This document shows positions 10,265 to 19,823 of a stretch of 64,000 nt of DNA, one piece after another (position 1 is the first letter of the stretch; each line of letters begins with the position of its first letter). This stretch comes from Granulicella sp. GTDB lineage: Bacteria > Acidobacteriota > Terriglobia > Terriglobales > Acidobacteriaceae. The notes under the pieces are model-generated. The model saw only the letters and a program-made list of their open reading frames with translations, ran no database searches and was not told the origin of the DNA. The position numbers and the translations under genes were made by a program. The DNA lies in the NCBI GenBank assembly GCA_041691255.1, contig JBEPUY010000005.1, positions 22,114 through 86,113 of the forward strand, given 5' to 3'.

Positions 10265-10689
10265 ATCTATTGGATTAAAAATGCATTAGCAGTCTAGATT
10301 TTGTACGCGCAAAGCGATGGTAACAGCGTCGAGCCAATGCCGCACACACCGACATGACGGATTATTGACTTTTGCTGCAAAAGATTTCCCTCAAGAGTCT
10401 CCCCGTTCGTCCCGCAGCAATCCTGGGTGGCGAAATGAAAATTCTGCCCGCTGGACAATAGCCCCCACGAAAAAATTACAGCCCCAAACCAATGGCGATA
10501 TCAAGGCCTCACGACTACGATTTCCCCTCTGCGAATACCAACCTAAAATCAAGAAAAAAAGCTACTTAGAGCGACCCGCAGACAAGAAGACAAGCTCTAT
10601 CCCTATTGCCGAGCCAGCTATTCTTCACGTAGTATTTCAGGCGCTGTATAAAAACAATCCCACGATAGTTGTAGCTGGAAGGACTCAGC

Positions 10690-11910
10690 ATGCGAGTGAC
10701 CGCCCTTGTCCCTACCTTCAATCGAAGCGGCTTTCTGAAAGAGGCTCTCTCGAGTCTCTTAAGGCAAACACTGCCGCCGGATGAGATCATCGTCATCGAT
10801 GATGGATCGACTGACGATACCGCTCAGGTCGTTGTGCCATTCGCGTCCGCCATAAAATACATATACAAACCAAACGGCGGAAAGTCTTCGGCTCTTAATC
10901 TCGGCTTAGATCAGGCGTCGGGTGAATTGATTTACATCCTCGACGATGACGATATCGCTGCCGACGACGCCATTGAACGCATGTCTGAAGCACTAGCCAA
11001 TAACCCGGAATATGGTTTTGTCTATGGCGAATTTAATTCCTTCAGGGTGTCCGATTCAGGGGTCATCTCCTGGGAGGCACGCGCTCAGCCGCCTGCGGAC
11101 AATGAACTTTATCTGTCCTTACTGCACCATAATCGGATCGTGCCGCCCAGCATGCTGGTTCGTAAATCATGCTACGAACACGTTGGGCCATTTAATGAAG
11201 ACTTTATAAGGTCTCAGGATTACGAGATGCTTCTGCGTCTGGTCAGAGAGTTCAAAGGAAAGCGTCTGAATTGTGTTCTTTCTCACATCCGGCAACATAC
11301 CGGGATGCGCGGTTCCGCCGCAGTTCCGGTAGCTGCAAAAGATAGCTATACGGCGTGGAGAGATTTTGACGCAAAGGCTATCTCCGCGGTTTACCATTCC
11401 TATGAGATTGAAGAGTTCTTACCGCAGCCCGTTACCATGCTGAGCAATCAGGATCGTTTTACGGCACTGTTGCAGAGATGTGTCATCGTCGGGCGCAAGA
11501 AGCTTTGGGATCTCGCGACAAACGATCTCCGGGAAGCCTGTGCTCTGGCCTCGCAACTTGATATTCATGACCTTACCCTGTCGCAGTCGTTTATCCTGCG
11601 AAGGCTGTTCGACACCTCGAGTCATGCTCTTCACGATCTTGCCGCTGCAGACGATTTTCGAGCAGTACTGCTCAGCATAAGCGACCCAACGTTAGCGAAT
11701 CAGATTCGCGCAGCTCTAATCTCTCCTATCCTGGAGCAGGTACAAGATTCCCTGCGACTCAGGGCGGCCAGGACTTCCCTTTATTTGATAGCGTGCCTCT
11801 TATTTCTATCCCCCTTAGGACTAGGTATCAACCATTTGGGCGATAGGGCATTAAAAAAGATCGACCAGACACGCTCTGCCAGACTAAAAAGCGAACAAAG
11901 AGCGGCGTAA
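10690..11910 (+). CDS. Glycosyltransferase family 2 with extended C-terminal domain
   Basis: 'VTALVPTFNRSGFLKEALSSLLRQTLPPDEIIVIDDGSTDDT' and 'ILDDDD' are GT2 signatures. Confidence 0.8.
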   Translation: MRVTALVPTFNRSGFLKEALSSLLRQTLPPDEIIVIDDGSTDDTAQVVVPFASAIKYIYKPNGGKSSALNLGLDQASGELIYILDDDDIAADDAIERMSEALANNPEYGFVYGEFNSFRVSDSGVISWEARAQPPADNELYLSLLHHNRIVPPSMLVRKSCYEHVGPFNEDFIRSQDYEMLLRLVREFKGKRLNCVLSHIRQHTGMRGSAAVPVAAKDSYTAWRDFDAKAISAVYHSYEIEEFLPQPVTMLSNQDRFTALLQRCVIVGRKKLWDLATNDLREACALASQLDIHDLTLSQSFILRRLFDTSSHALHDLAAADDFRAVLLSISDPTLANQIRAALISPILEQVQDSLRLRAARTSLYLIACLLFLSPLGLGINHLGDRALKKIDQTRSARLKSEQRAA

Positions 11911-12070
11911 GATATCATCAGAAAGAAAGCGTCCCGGGTTGAAGCCCTCCGTCACGCCCATACGGGCTGATGGAGAGGCAACGGAGCGGATAACTGTGAA
12001 GAGAGCTACCGACAAGACAGCACATGGCCCTATGGAGCAACCGGCTGCGAATTAGTCGCTACAGCAAGCG

Positions 12071-13240
12071 TTGGCACTCGAACCATTGTTTCCACCCCAG
12101 CACGGTAATCTCACATGGAGACCGGCCGTGAAGCTGCTTTTTTGGTTCTGCTTTGTTCTCACAGCATACGCATATTTTGGTTACACCCTATGGCTTTGGA
12201 TATACGTTCGCCTGCATAGACTTCCCACCCTGCAAAGCCCCATCACCCCGGCCATATCTATTATCATCGCCGCACGAAACGAAGAGGCCAATCTTCCGGC
12301 CAAGCTGGAGAACCTTCGCCTTCTGGACTACCCGCAGAATCGCATCCAGATTGTCGTCGCCTCTGATGGATCGACGGATCGGACCGCGAGCATCCTATCG
12401 GAGCAATCGCCCCAACTCACTTCCGTCATTCTCAGCGAGTCGAACGGAAAGGCATACGCACTGAATGAAGCCGTCAAACGTGCCACTGGGGAAATTCTCG
12501 TATTTTTAGATGTACGTCAATTTGTCGAGCTAAACGCAGTTTCTGAGCTAGTCTCTTGCTTTGCCGATCCATCCGTCGGTGCAGTAAGCGGAGAGTTGCT
12601 GCTCGAAAACGCCTCGGGCACACCGTCTCCCGATGCTCTTGGCATCTACTGGAAGATTGAAAAAGTTGTGCGCCGACTCGAATCCTCCTCTGGCTCGGTT
12701 GTAGGAGTGACCGGAGCGATTTACGCGATCCGTCGCGAACTCTATACCGAGATTCCCACCGGAACCCTCCTCGATGACGTCTTTGTTCCTATGAACGTGG
12801 CTCGACTCGGCAAGCGCGTCCTCTTTCAACCATCCGCCATCGCCCGCGACCGTCTTTTTAGTGCCAAGGGCAAGGAATTTTCGCGCAAAGTTCGTACACT
12901 GACCGGCAATTATCAACTGCTGCAGCTTGCGCCCTGGCTGCTCTCATCGGCCAACCCTCTGCTCTTTCGTTTCATCAGCCATAAGCTTTTGAGACTTGCT
13001 GTTCCCCTGTTCCTCGTAGTCATGCTCGTTACCTCTGCCCTGACCGGAGGTTCTTTCTATCAAGCTATCTTCTGGCTCCAGGTCATCTTTTATCTTCTGG
13101 CCGTCTTCGGGATGCTGAATCCCTCCTTCAGAAAGCTCAAACCTGCCGCCATTGCCAGCACTTTCGTTATGCTCAATGCGGCGGCAGCGATGGCGTTCTA
13201 CAATTTCATAGCTGGTAAAAATAAGGTCTGGGTTCCATAA
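12071..13240 (+). CDS. Integral-membrane glycosyltransferase family 2
   Basis: It has an N-terminal TM helix, then 'ISIIIAARNEEANLPAKLENL...VVASDGSTDRT', 'LDVRQ', and C-terminal TM helices. The start codon is non-ATG (TTG 12071 or the GTG near 12128). Confidence 0.8.
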   Translation: MALEPLFPPQHGNLTWRPAVKLLFWFCFVLTAYAYFGYTLWLWIYVRLHRLPTLQSPITPAISIIIAARNEEANLPAKLENLRLLDYPQNRIQIVVASDGSTDRTASILSEQSPQLTSVILSESNGKAYALNEAVKRATGEILVFLDVRQFVELNAVSELVSCFADPSVGAVSGELLLENASGTPSPDALGIYWKIEKVVRRLESSSGSVVGVTGAIYAIRRELYTEIPTGTLLDDVFVPMNVARLGKRVLFQPSAIARDRLFSAKGKEFSRKVRTLTGNYQLLQLAPWLLSSANPLLFRFISHKLLRLAVPLFLVVMLVTSALTGGSFYQAIFWLQVIFYLLAVFGMLNPSFRKLKPAAIASTFVMLNAAAAMAFYNFIAGKNKVWVP

Positions 13241-13292
13241 TTTTTTGAGCTAGCTTACTTATTTTTATTGGCCGCACCAACGAGGCTGTACC

Positions 13293-14630
13293 GTGGGATT
13301 AGGCATTGCACATTACGTACCGCTGGTGATCTATTTAGGCTGCTGGATCGCGATCATCGCATCTCTGGTGGGACGCCCCCTCTGGGCCTTTTACTACATG
13401 CTTCCTTTATTGCCCTATCGCACACTGCGTGATCATTTCCTCGTTTACCCACTTGGGACCAATATTCTTACGATTTTAGTCATTGCGGTCGTTGCGGGAG
13501 CGCTGCTTCATGGAAAACGCCTCCCTAAATCAAAGATCTACCTGACCTGGCTCATCTTTGGCGTTTACATGTATCTTTCCATGTGGTTGGGAACCGCATT
13601 GGGACACGCAAACGCGCCTCTCTGGATCAACGACGTCAATTTCGCGACATGGAAAGACTATATGCTGCTCCCCCTGGTCTTTGTAGCCGCAGGCCTGGTC
13701 GTCGAAGACCGGAAGGCAGTGAGAACCGTTATCCTAATCGCTGGTATAACCCTGCTTTTCATCGACCGAAGCGCATTAATGGATAGCATGTCCAGAACTT
13801 GGAGCACTTTTGACGAAGACAAACGCGATGGGGGGCCACTGGGATGGGCTGGCTCGAATGGCCTCGCGGCATTTCTCGCACAGTTCTCCATGTTTTTCTG
13901 GGGCTTTGGCCAATTTCTTAAACGGAGGAAAGCCAAACTGCTATGTTATGCCTTAGTTGCCACCACTATTTTTGCCACAATGTATACCTTTTCTAGAGCG
14001 TCTTACATTGCAATCGTGGCTGGGGCTCTCCTTCTTGGCATATTAAAAGACCGAAAGATGATCATCGTCGTCGCAGTCTTTCTATTCACGTGGCAAGCCA
14101 TTGTGCCAGTGGCTGTGACCGAGCGTGTGATGATGACCACAAATTCCAGCGGGCAGCTTGAGGCCTCCGCACAGGAGCGCGTCGATCTTTGGGAAAATGC
14201 GAAAAAGGCCTTCTATGATGAACCGCTCTTTGGAATGGGCTATGCCACCTTTCAATACGGAGAGCACACGGATAATCTGAAAGATACTCACAATTGGTAC
14301 GTCAAGGTCCTCATTGAAACCGGGATTCTAGGCGGCATTATCGCTATAGTCCTTCTTTGCCAAATGCTTGCCCTGGCATACCGTCTCTTAAAGCACAGCA
14401 AAGACCCGCTTTACCAAGGGCTTGGGTTTGCACTTCTTCTTTGCATAAGCGCCTGCATCATTCTGAATTGTTTTGGCGATCGATGGACATATCTCGAGAT
14501 AAACGGACTTCTTTGGGCGCTCATAGGCACGGCAACCGTTGCAGTCCATCTCACGGAGCCGGAATCAACCGCACAGGCCGTCCTTCCGGACACAGTCCAT
14601 GCCGTCAATCCCTATATGGCCTATCGCTAG
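13293..14630 (+). CDS. O-antigen ligase / Wzy-type polymerase family membrane protein
   Basis: 445 aa and polytopic. A large loop, 'RASYIAIVAG...', and 'FGMGYATFQY' resemble the Wzy_C domain. Confidence 0.75.
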   Translation: MGLGIAHYVPLVIYLGCWIAIIASLVGRPLWAFYYMLPLLPYRTLRDHFLVYPLGTNILTILVIAVVAGALLHGKRLPKSKIYLTWLIFGVYMYLSMWLGTALGHANAPLWINDVNFATWKDYMLLPLVFVAAGLVVEDRKAVRTVILIAGITLLFIDRSALMDSMSRTWSTFDEDKRDGGPLGWAGSNGLAAFLAQFSMFFWGFGQFLKRRKAKLLCYALVATTIFATMYTFSRASYIAIVAGALLLGILKDRKMIIVVAVFLFTWQAIVPVAVTERVMMTTNSSGQLEASAQERVDLWENAKKAFYDEPLFGMGYATFQYGEHTDNLKDTHNWYVKVLIETGILGGIIAIVLLCQMLALAYRLLKHSKDPLYQGLGFALLLCISACIILNCFGDRWTYLEINGLLWALIGTATVAVHLTEPESTAQAVLPDTVHAVNPYMAYR

Positions 14631-14676
14631 CGCGCGCGAAATTGTCTTTGGCGCAATTGAGTTCCTTATAAACACT

Positions 14677-15840
14677 ATGATTACTTCCCTGCAACGGGCA
14701 TCGAATCTCCACCAGCCAGAAGACGTCGATCTGCCTCATGTCCTGCTTGTCGTCGATCAATTTTCCAAAAATCTTGGCGGCGGCGAACGAATCGCGCTTA
14801 AATTGGCCGCTCTCCTTCCCCAATACGGATTCCGAGCGTCCATCCTGACGTTTTCTGCTGATCCGGCAAACCCTATCTTTGAATCAGCCCCATGCCCGGT
14901 CTATCTGCTTCCTTTGCAGCGCACCTACGATCGAACCGCGTTGATGGGCGCTCTCGCTCTAAGACGTTTTCTCAAGCAGCAAAAAATTCAGATCGTCCAG
15001 ACCTTTTTTGAGAGCTCCGATATCTGGGCGGGCTTTGTCACCAAACTCCTGTCCGACGCAAAGCTGATCTGGAGCCGCCGGGACATGGGAATCCTCAGGA
15101 CCCGCAAACACGAAGTTGCTTATCGCCTGATGGCTGGTCTCCCCGATGCAGTCTTCGCCGTCTCCGAGCTGGTCCGCCAGCATTGCATCGAGCAGGATCA
15201 CGTCGACCCTGATCGTGTCCAAACCGTCTACAACGGCCTCGACCTCGCTGATTGGGACGGCACCTCGCAATCGGCGCCTTCCCGGGACAGGCTTCTCGTC
15301 ACATCCATCGGCAACATCCGCCACGTCAAGGGCCACGATGTCTTCATCAAAGCGGCCGCTGCTATCGCGCCTAAGTTCCCTCATGTCGACTTCAGCATCG
15401 CAGGCGGCGTGCTGGAGCCAGCTTACTTTGAGGAGCTTCAGGGCCTTGTCCGCAAGCTGAATCTTGGAGACCGGTTTCATTTCGCAGGCAGTATCACCGA
15501 TCTTCAGCAGCACCTCTCCGCAGCCGACATCTTTGTCCTGCCCTCGCGCAGCGAAGGCTTCTCCAACGCCATCGTCGAAGCGATGGCTGCATCTCTCCCC
15601 GTCATTGCAACCAACGTCGGAGGTAATGCTGAAGCCGTGCAGGATGGTGTCACCGGCATCGTAGTTCCAGCAGAGGATCCCGAAGCACTCGCCGCTGCCA
15701 TCACACGTCTTCTCGCCGCTCCAGCCCAGGCAAAAGCTATGGGAGTAGCCGGGAAGCAAAGGGTTGCAGAAAGATTCACGACCGAGGCCATGATGCTACA
15801 GACGACTGCAGCCTACAGAAAGCTGCTCAGCCGGCGATAG
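14677..15840 (+). CDS. Glycosyltransferase family 4
   Basis: 'VLLVVDQFSKNLGGGERIALKLA' and 'PSRSEGFSNAIVEAMAASLPVIATNVGGNAEAV' identify GT4. The ATG at 14677 lies after the Wzy stop. The track's 14539 start is an upstream extension into wzy. Confidence 0.85.
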   Translation: MITSLQRASNLHQPEDVDLPHVLLVVDQFSKNLGGGERIALKLAALLPQYGFRASILTFSADPANPIFESAPCPVYLLPLQRTYDRTALMGALALRRFLKQQKIQIVQTFFESSDIWAGFVTKLLSDAKLIWSRRDMGILRTRKHEVAYRLMAGLPDAVFAVSELVRQHCIEQDHVDPDRVQTVYNGLDLADWDGTSQSAPSRDRLLVTSIGNIRHVKGHDVFIKAAAAIAPKFPHVDFSIAGGVLEPAYFEELQGLVRKLNLGDRFHFAGSITDLQQHLSAADIFVLPSRSEGFSNAIVEAMAASLPVIATNVGGNAEAVQDGVTGIVVPAEDPEALAAAITRLLAAPAQAKAMGVAGKQRVAERFTTEAMMLQTTAAYRKLLSRR

Positions 15841-15855
15841 ATCGTCTCCAAAATA

Positions 15856-15890
15856 AAAGAGCGGGAGGGCATTAGCCCTCCCGCTCTTTT
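15856..15890. terminator. Bidirectional intrinsic terminator hairpin
   Basis: AAAAGAGCGGGAGGGC-ATTA-GCCCTCCCGCTCTTTT forms a perfect 16-bp palindrome with A/T tracts on both sides. It sits between convergent genes. Confidence 0.8.
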
Positions 15891-15906
15891 CAATTCAAAC
15901 CCACAT

Positions 15907-17274
15907 CTAGCAACGAACAACCTTGGGAGAGCGAATTCCCTTGGTCGCATTGCGCGAGTCCACCACAAGTTTGGACTGGCTGACGATCTCCTCATAGTTG
16001 TAATCGGAGTGGTCGGTCACGATCAGGACACAGTCGTACTGATCCAGATTCTCCAGCGGCGTGCAGGTCATGTTGAGGTTGTAGTGCCGTCCTCTGCCTA
16101 CGGTCGGGAAGTAAGGATCGTTGTACTGAACGTCAGCCCCTTCCTCGCGCAGCAGTTCGATGATCGTTAGCGACGGAGACTCGCGAAGATCGTCGATATT
16201 CTTCTTGTAAGCCATCCCCAGCATCAGAATCTTTGCGCCGTTGACAGCCTTCTTGTGCTGGTTCAGAGCCTTGCCGACAGCGGTGACCACATGCGCGGGC
16301 ATCGCCTCGTTGACCTCTCCGGCCAACTCGATGAAGCGCGTATTGAAGTCATACTCCTTGGCCTTCCAGCTCAGGTAGAAGGGGTCAATCGGAATGCAGT
16401 GGCCGCCAAGGCCGGGGCCGGGATAGAAGGGGTGAAAGCCGAAAGGCTTCGTCGCCGCGGCATCGATCACTTCCCAGATGTCGACGCCCATCTTGAGCGA
16501 GAGCAGCTTCAACTCATTCACCAACGCAATATTCACGCAGCGGTAGATGTTCTCCAACAGCTTGGTCATCTCGGCCACGCGTGTCGACGAAACCTGCACG
16601 GCACGCGTGAAGATGCCTTCATACAATGTCGCCGCCAGCGTCGTGGCAATCTCTTCGTGGCCGCCAACCACCTTGGGGATGTCGCGGCGCGCCACCGTAT
16701 CGTTGCCCGGATCTTCGCGCTCCGGCGAAAAGGCTACATAGAAGACACCGTGCTCCGCAGCCGCCCCTTCGCTCTGGACCTTCAGCCCCTTGGTGTTGCC
16801 CGCCTCGAGAACCGGAATCATCAACTCTTCCGTCGTTCCCGGATACGTCGTGCTCTCAAGAATTACAAGCTGACCCTCGCGAACCCACGGCGCAGCAGCC
16901 TTCGCCGTATTCTCGACGTAGCTCAGATCCGGTTCGCGATGTTCTGTCAGCGGTGTAGGAACGCACATGATGATGGCGTCCATATCCGACAGTTGAGAAA
17001 AACTCGTAGTAGCAGTGAACCCATGCGCGCGCGCACTCTGGATCTCAGTGGCAGCGATGCGGAAGATGTAGGAACGGCCGGCTTCGAGGTCCGTCACCTT
17101 CTTTTCGTCGATGTCGAAACCCGTTACTTTAAAACCGGCCTCGGCAAGCAACAGCGAAAGTGGCAACCCAACATAGCCGAGTCCAATGACTCCAATTTTG
17201 GCAGTGCGGCTCTTCAGGCGATCGAAGCGCTCCTGGGCAATCTGAGGAAGAACAACGGGGCTCTTGGTCAACAT
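15907..17274 (-). CDS. UDP-N-acetyl-hexosamine 6-dehydrogenase (nucleotide-sugar dehydrogenase, WbpA/TviB type)
   Basis: It has a Rossmann motif 'KIGVIGLGYVGLPLSLLLAEAGFKVTGFDID', then 'CVPTPL..REPDLSYV', and the catalytic Cys region 'GGHCIPIDP'. Confidence 0.9.
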   Translation of the reverse strand: MLTKSPVVLPQIAQERFDRLKSRTAKIGVIGLGYVGLPLSLLLAEAGFKVTGFDIDEKKVTDLEAGRSYIFRIAATEIQSARAHGFTATTSFSQLSDMDAIIMCVPTPLTEHREPDLSYVENTAKAAAPWVREGQLVILESTTYPGTTEELMIPVLEAGNTKGLKVQSEGAAAEHGVFYVAFSPEREDPGNDTVARRDIPKVVGGHEEIATTLAATLYEGIFTRAVQVSSTRVAEMTKLLENIYRCVNIALVNELKLLSLKMGVDIWEVIDAAATKPFGFHPFYPGPGLGGHCIPIDPFYLSWKAKEYDFNTRFIELAGEVNEAMPAHVVTAVGKALNQHKKAVNGAKILMLGMAYKKNIDDLRESPSLTIIELLREEGADVQYNDPYFPTVGRGRHYNLNMTCTPLENLDQYDCVLIVTDHSDYNYEEIVSQSKLVVDSRNATKGIRSPKVVRC

Positions 17275-17650
17275 ATACTGAATTATCGCATTCGCCCCGC
17301 GAAATCCGAATCTTTCCTTCTGCCCTGCCGCGAGCCTCTAATTTTTCGCAAATTTTGATTATTTTTTACCCTTCTCTTACAGAATGGGCCACGCGCTTCA
17401 TCCACTCAAAAACTGAGAGCGCAACATCCATCGCAAAAAATATCAGATAATGGGTTGTTCTTTGGATATGTGCCTGGGGAGGAAACACCGTTTCTTTCCG
17501 CACCTTACAAACAGCACAAAAGTTGCATGGACGCGAGCAAGCGAAATTGAAAAACTAACTGCTCCCGATGGTGGCGCAATGAGTGATTTGCGGATATCGC
17601 CACCCCGATAAACTTTGATTACAGCCAGTGACGCTCCTGGTGGAGGATAG

Positions 17651-18637
17651 ATGGCTCGTTACTTGATTACAGGAATTGCCGGTTTTATTGGTTCAACCTT
17701 GGCCCACGCTCTCGTGGACCAGGGACACGAGGTTCGCGGCATCGACAACCTCTCTACAGGAAACCTTGAAAATCTGGCGGATATCCGGCATCAGATCTCC
17801 TTCCACGAGATGGATCTGCAGGACGTACCCGGCGTCCGATCCGCGTGCGAAGGCGTGGACTTCGTTCTCCATCAGGGTGCGCTCGCTTCGGTTCCGCGTT
17901 CGGTTAAAGATCCCGTCTCTTCGCACGAATCCAACATCAACGGCACCCTCAACCTTCTGGTTGCCGCCCGTGATGCCCGCGTGCGCCGCATCGTCTATGC
18001 TGCTTCTTCCTCAGCTTATGGCGACCAGCCAACGCAGCCCAAGCAGGAGGACATGCTGCCTCGTCCGCTGTCTCCCTATGCCGTTCAGAAGCTCACCTGC
18101 GAGTACTACATTCAGTCCTTCTACCGCTCCTACGGGCTCGAAGGCGTCTGCCTGCGCTACTTCAATATCTTTGGACCACGTCAGGCCGCGGACTCGCCTT
18201 ACTCCGGCGTCATCGCCCAGTTCACCTACAAAATGATGGCCGGGCAGACCCCGACTATCTTCGGCGACGGGCTCACCAGCCGCGACTTCAACTATGTCGA
18301 TAACGCCGTCAGCGCCAACCTGTTGGCCTGCACTGCACCCAGCGAAGTCGCCACCGGACGGGTCTTCAACATCGGTACCGGCAAGAGCCACACCCTCAAC
18401 GAGGTCTACGCCACCATCGCCGAACACCTCGGCTTCACCGCCAAACCCAGCTACGGACCACCCCGCGAAGGCGATATCCAGCACTCGCTGGCAGACATCA
18501 GCCGAGCCACCTCAGAACTGGGCTATATCCCCAAGGCACACTTTCACGAGGGCCTGAAGAAGACGGTCGCATGGTATTTGGAAGAAAAAGAGAAGAACGA
18601 AACCATTACCGTCAAAGGCGGAAATATTTCCGTGTAA
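17651..18637 (+). CDS. NAD-dependent sugar 4-epimerase (extended SDR, WbpP/TviC-like)
   Basis: 'LITGIAGFIGSTLAHAL', 'YAASSSAYGD', the catalytic 'SPYAVQK' (YxxxK) and 'LRYFNIFGPRQ' fit the extended SDR epimerases. Confidence 0.85.
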   Translation: MARYLITGIAGFIGSTLAHALVDQGHEVRGIDNLSTGNLENLADIRHQISFHEMDLQDVPGVRSACEGVDFVLHQGALASVPRSVKDPVSSHESNINGTLNLLVAARDARVRRIVYAASSSAYGDQPTQPKQEDMLPRPLSPYAVQKLTCEYYIQSFYRSYGLEGVCLRYFNIFGPRQAADSPYSGVIAQFTYKMMAGQTPTIFGDGLTSRDFNYVDNAVSANLLACTAPSEVATGRVFNIGTGKSHTLNEVYATIAEHLGFTAKPSYGPPREGDIQHSLADISRATSELGYIPKAHFHEGLKKTVAWYLEEKEKNETITVKGGNISV

Positions 18638-18670
18638 ATTGCTCCACCATCAACCTGTCCAGAAAAGAAA

Positions 18671-18698
18671 ATAGCCGCCAGAGAAATCTGGCGGCTAT
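18671..18698. terminator. Intrinsic terminator hairpin between convergent genes
   Basis: ATAGCCGCCAGA-GAAA-TCTGGCGGCTAT is a perfect 12-bp stem. Confidence 0.65.
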
Positions 18699-18765
18699 GA
18701 ATCTTTGTCTCCTGACTTCATAGAAAGTCGCTCCCGGCAACCTCCTGCAACGCCAGAATCCAAAG

Positions 18766-19422
18766 TTACGAGCGCATCTTGCGCATCAAGGCTCCGGCAG
18801 ATCCGAGCAGGCCGGTTCCAAGAAGAATCAGCGAGTTCGGCTCCGGAACGCTCGAAATGGAACCACTAAAATCCACTCCTTCGGCGCTACCGTTGGTCTG
18901 GTGAACGTCAAACGTCAAGGTGTTCAACCCAGTCAGAAAGTCTCCGTTGGGAAGTGTGACCAGAAGAGGTGTAATGCAATTCGGCTGCAAGGTTTGGCAG
19001 GTGGAGTTCCCTCCGCCGGCGAAATTCTGAACCAGGTTACCGTTGAGATAGACATCGGTGGTATCGTCGGCCAGCACCCAGATCGAACCGGAGTACGAGC
19101 TATCGGCCAAATTGAACGTCGAAGTGAAGGTGTAGGTTCCGGTCGCTTCAACGTTGTTGCCACCGGGATAATTCCCGGTATTCTGGGAAACCCAACTTGA
19201 AAGGTTAGACCCACTGCCTACGGCAGCCGTCCACACCCCTCCATCGCCAATGTTGTATGTGCTGCCACCGGAAATCTGCAACGCGCTGTTTGCATTTCCG
19301 GTCACAGTAATACCATTTGCATTTTGGCCATAGCTTCCCAGTTGCAGGGTGTCAGCCGACGCGAAGGCGGTAGTAAGTATGAGCACCGCCCCCAAAGCAG
19401 AAAATTTCGAGAAAAGCTTCAT
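18766..19422 (-). CDS. PEP-CTERM sorting-domain secreted protein
   Basis: It has a signal peptide (MKLFSKFSALGAVLILTTAFASA) and the C-terminal 'VPEPNSLILLGTGLLGSAGALMRKMRS' (PEP motif + TM + basic tail). The ATG at 19422 is preceded by AGGAGAA. Confidence 0.85.
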   Translation of the reverse strand: MKLFSKFSALGAVLILTTAFASADTLQLGSYGQNANGITVTGNANSALQISGGSTYNIGDGGVWTAAVGSGSNLSSWVSQNTGNYPGGNNVEATGTYTFTSTFNLADSSYSGSIWVLADDTTDVYLNGNLVQNFAGGGNSTCQTLQPNCITPLLVTLPNGDFLTGLNTLTFDVHQTNGSAEGVDFSGSISSVPEPNSLILLGTGLLGSAGALMRKMRS

Positions 19423-19823
19423 GTAGTTCTCCTGATTCAGCAACCTGTTGGGCCCGTTTTATAAGAAGCGCCGCAATAACGGCTCTTCGAGATCACCTGC
19501 AGGCCCTCGACCCCATTCCATCCGTGCCAGGAGTTCTAGTGCAGGTTTCTTAACTTCTTTAAATGCATCTGAACTACCAAATTGAAAACCCATATAAATC
19601 AAGCAGATACCTGGATATGCCAACATTGGATAAGCAAGAGATTGCACAGAAGATAGGAATAAAAGTTGCATCGTGTTCTATCTGCACCATTTACAGCGAT
19701 ATTCCTCCAAATTTTCCTGCCACTTGCTCCAACTCAGGCATCGTCCACTCATCACGCATCTCACATCAGAGCTAGGATCGGGCTGTAGGGCGATTCAATT
19801 CAAGGGATCAGGCAAACCAGAAA

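Noticed and set aside
10317-10784. A 155-aa ORF in the 425-bp divergent intergenic region between the flippase and the GT2 gene. The region also holds a TTGACT box and a 7-1-7 palindrome, CTTTTGCTGCAAAAG, at 10369-10383.
   Set aside because: The ORF translation looks non-protein-like, and it overlaps the well-supported GT2 start. The palindrome could be an operator. However, I see no matching -10 element and no second copy, so I do not call a regulatory site.
16255-17358. Long opposite-strand ORFs inside well-supported genes. Examples are 16255..17358(+), 29756..30637(-), 42582..43538(-), 46848..47513(-), 47480..48565(+), 56051..56908(+), 57390..58085(+), 60810..61622(-), 38051..39052(+) and 40993..41718(-).
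   Set aside because: They mirror genes with clear family motifs on the other strand. They have Arg/Gly/Pro/Ala-rich low-complexity translations typical of GC-rich shadow frames, and I recognised no motifs in them.
17513-17528. Sigma-54-like element AGCAC-AAAAG-TTGCAT upstream of the epimerase gene. It shares the 11-mer AAAAGTTGCAT with 19656-19671 (AGGAAT-AAAAG-TTGCAT), upstream of the TPR-like gene.
   Set aside because: The spacing and the -12 TTGCA fit the TGGCAC-N5-TTGCA consensus. However, the 17.5-kb copy has AG in place of the near-invariant -24 GG dinucleotide, and the 19.66-kb copy has GGAAT in place of the GGCAC core. No enhancer-binding protein gene is nearby. It is worth a PWM scan but is not callable by eye.
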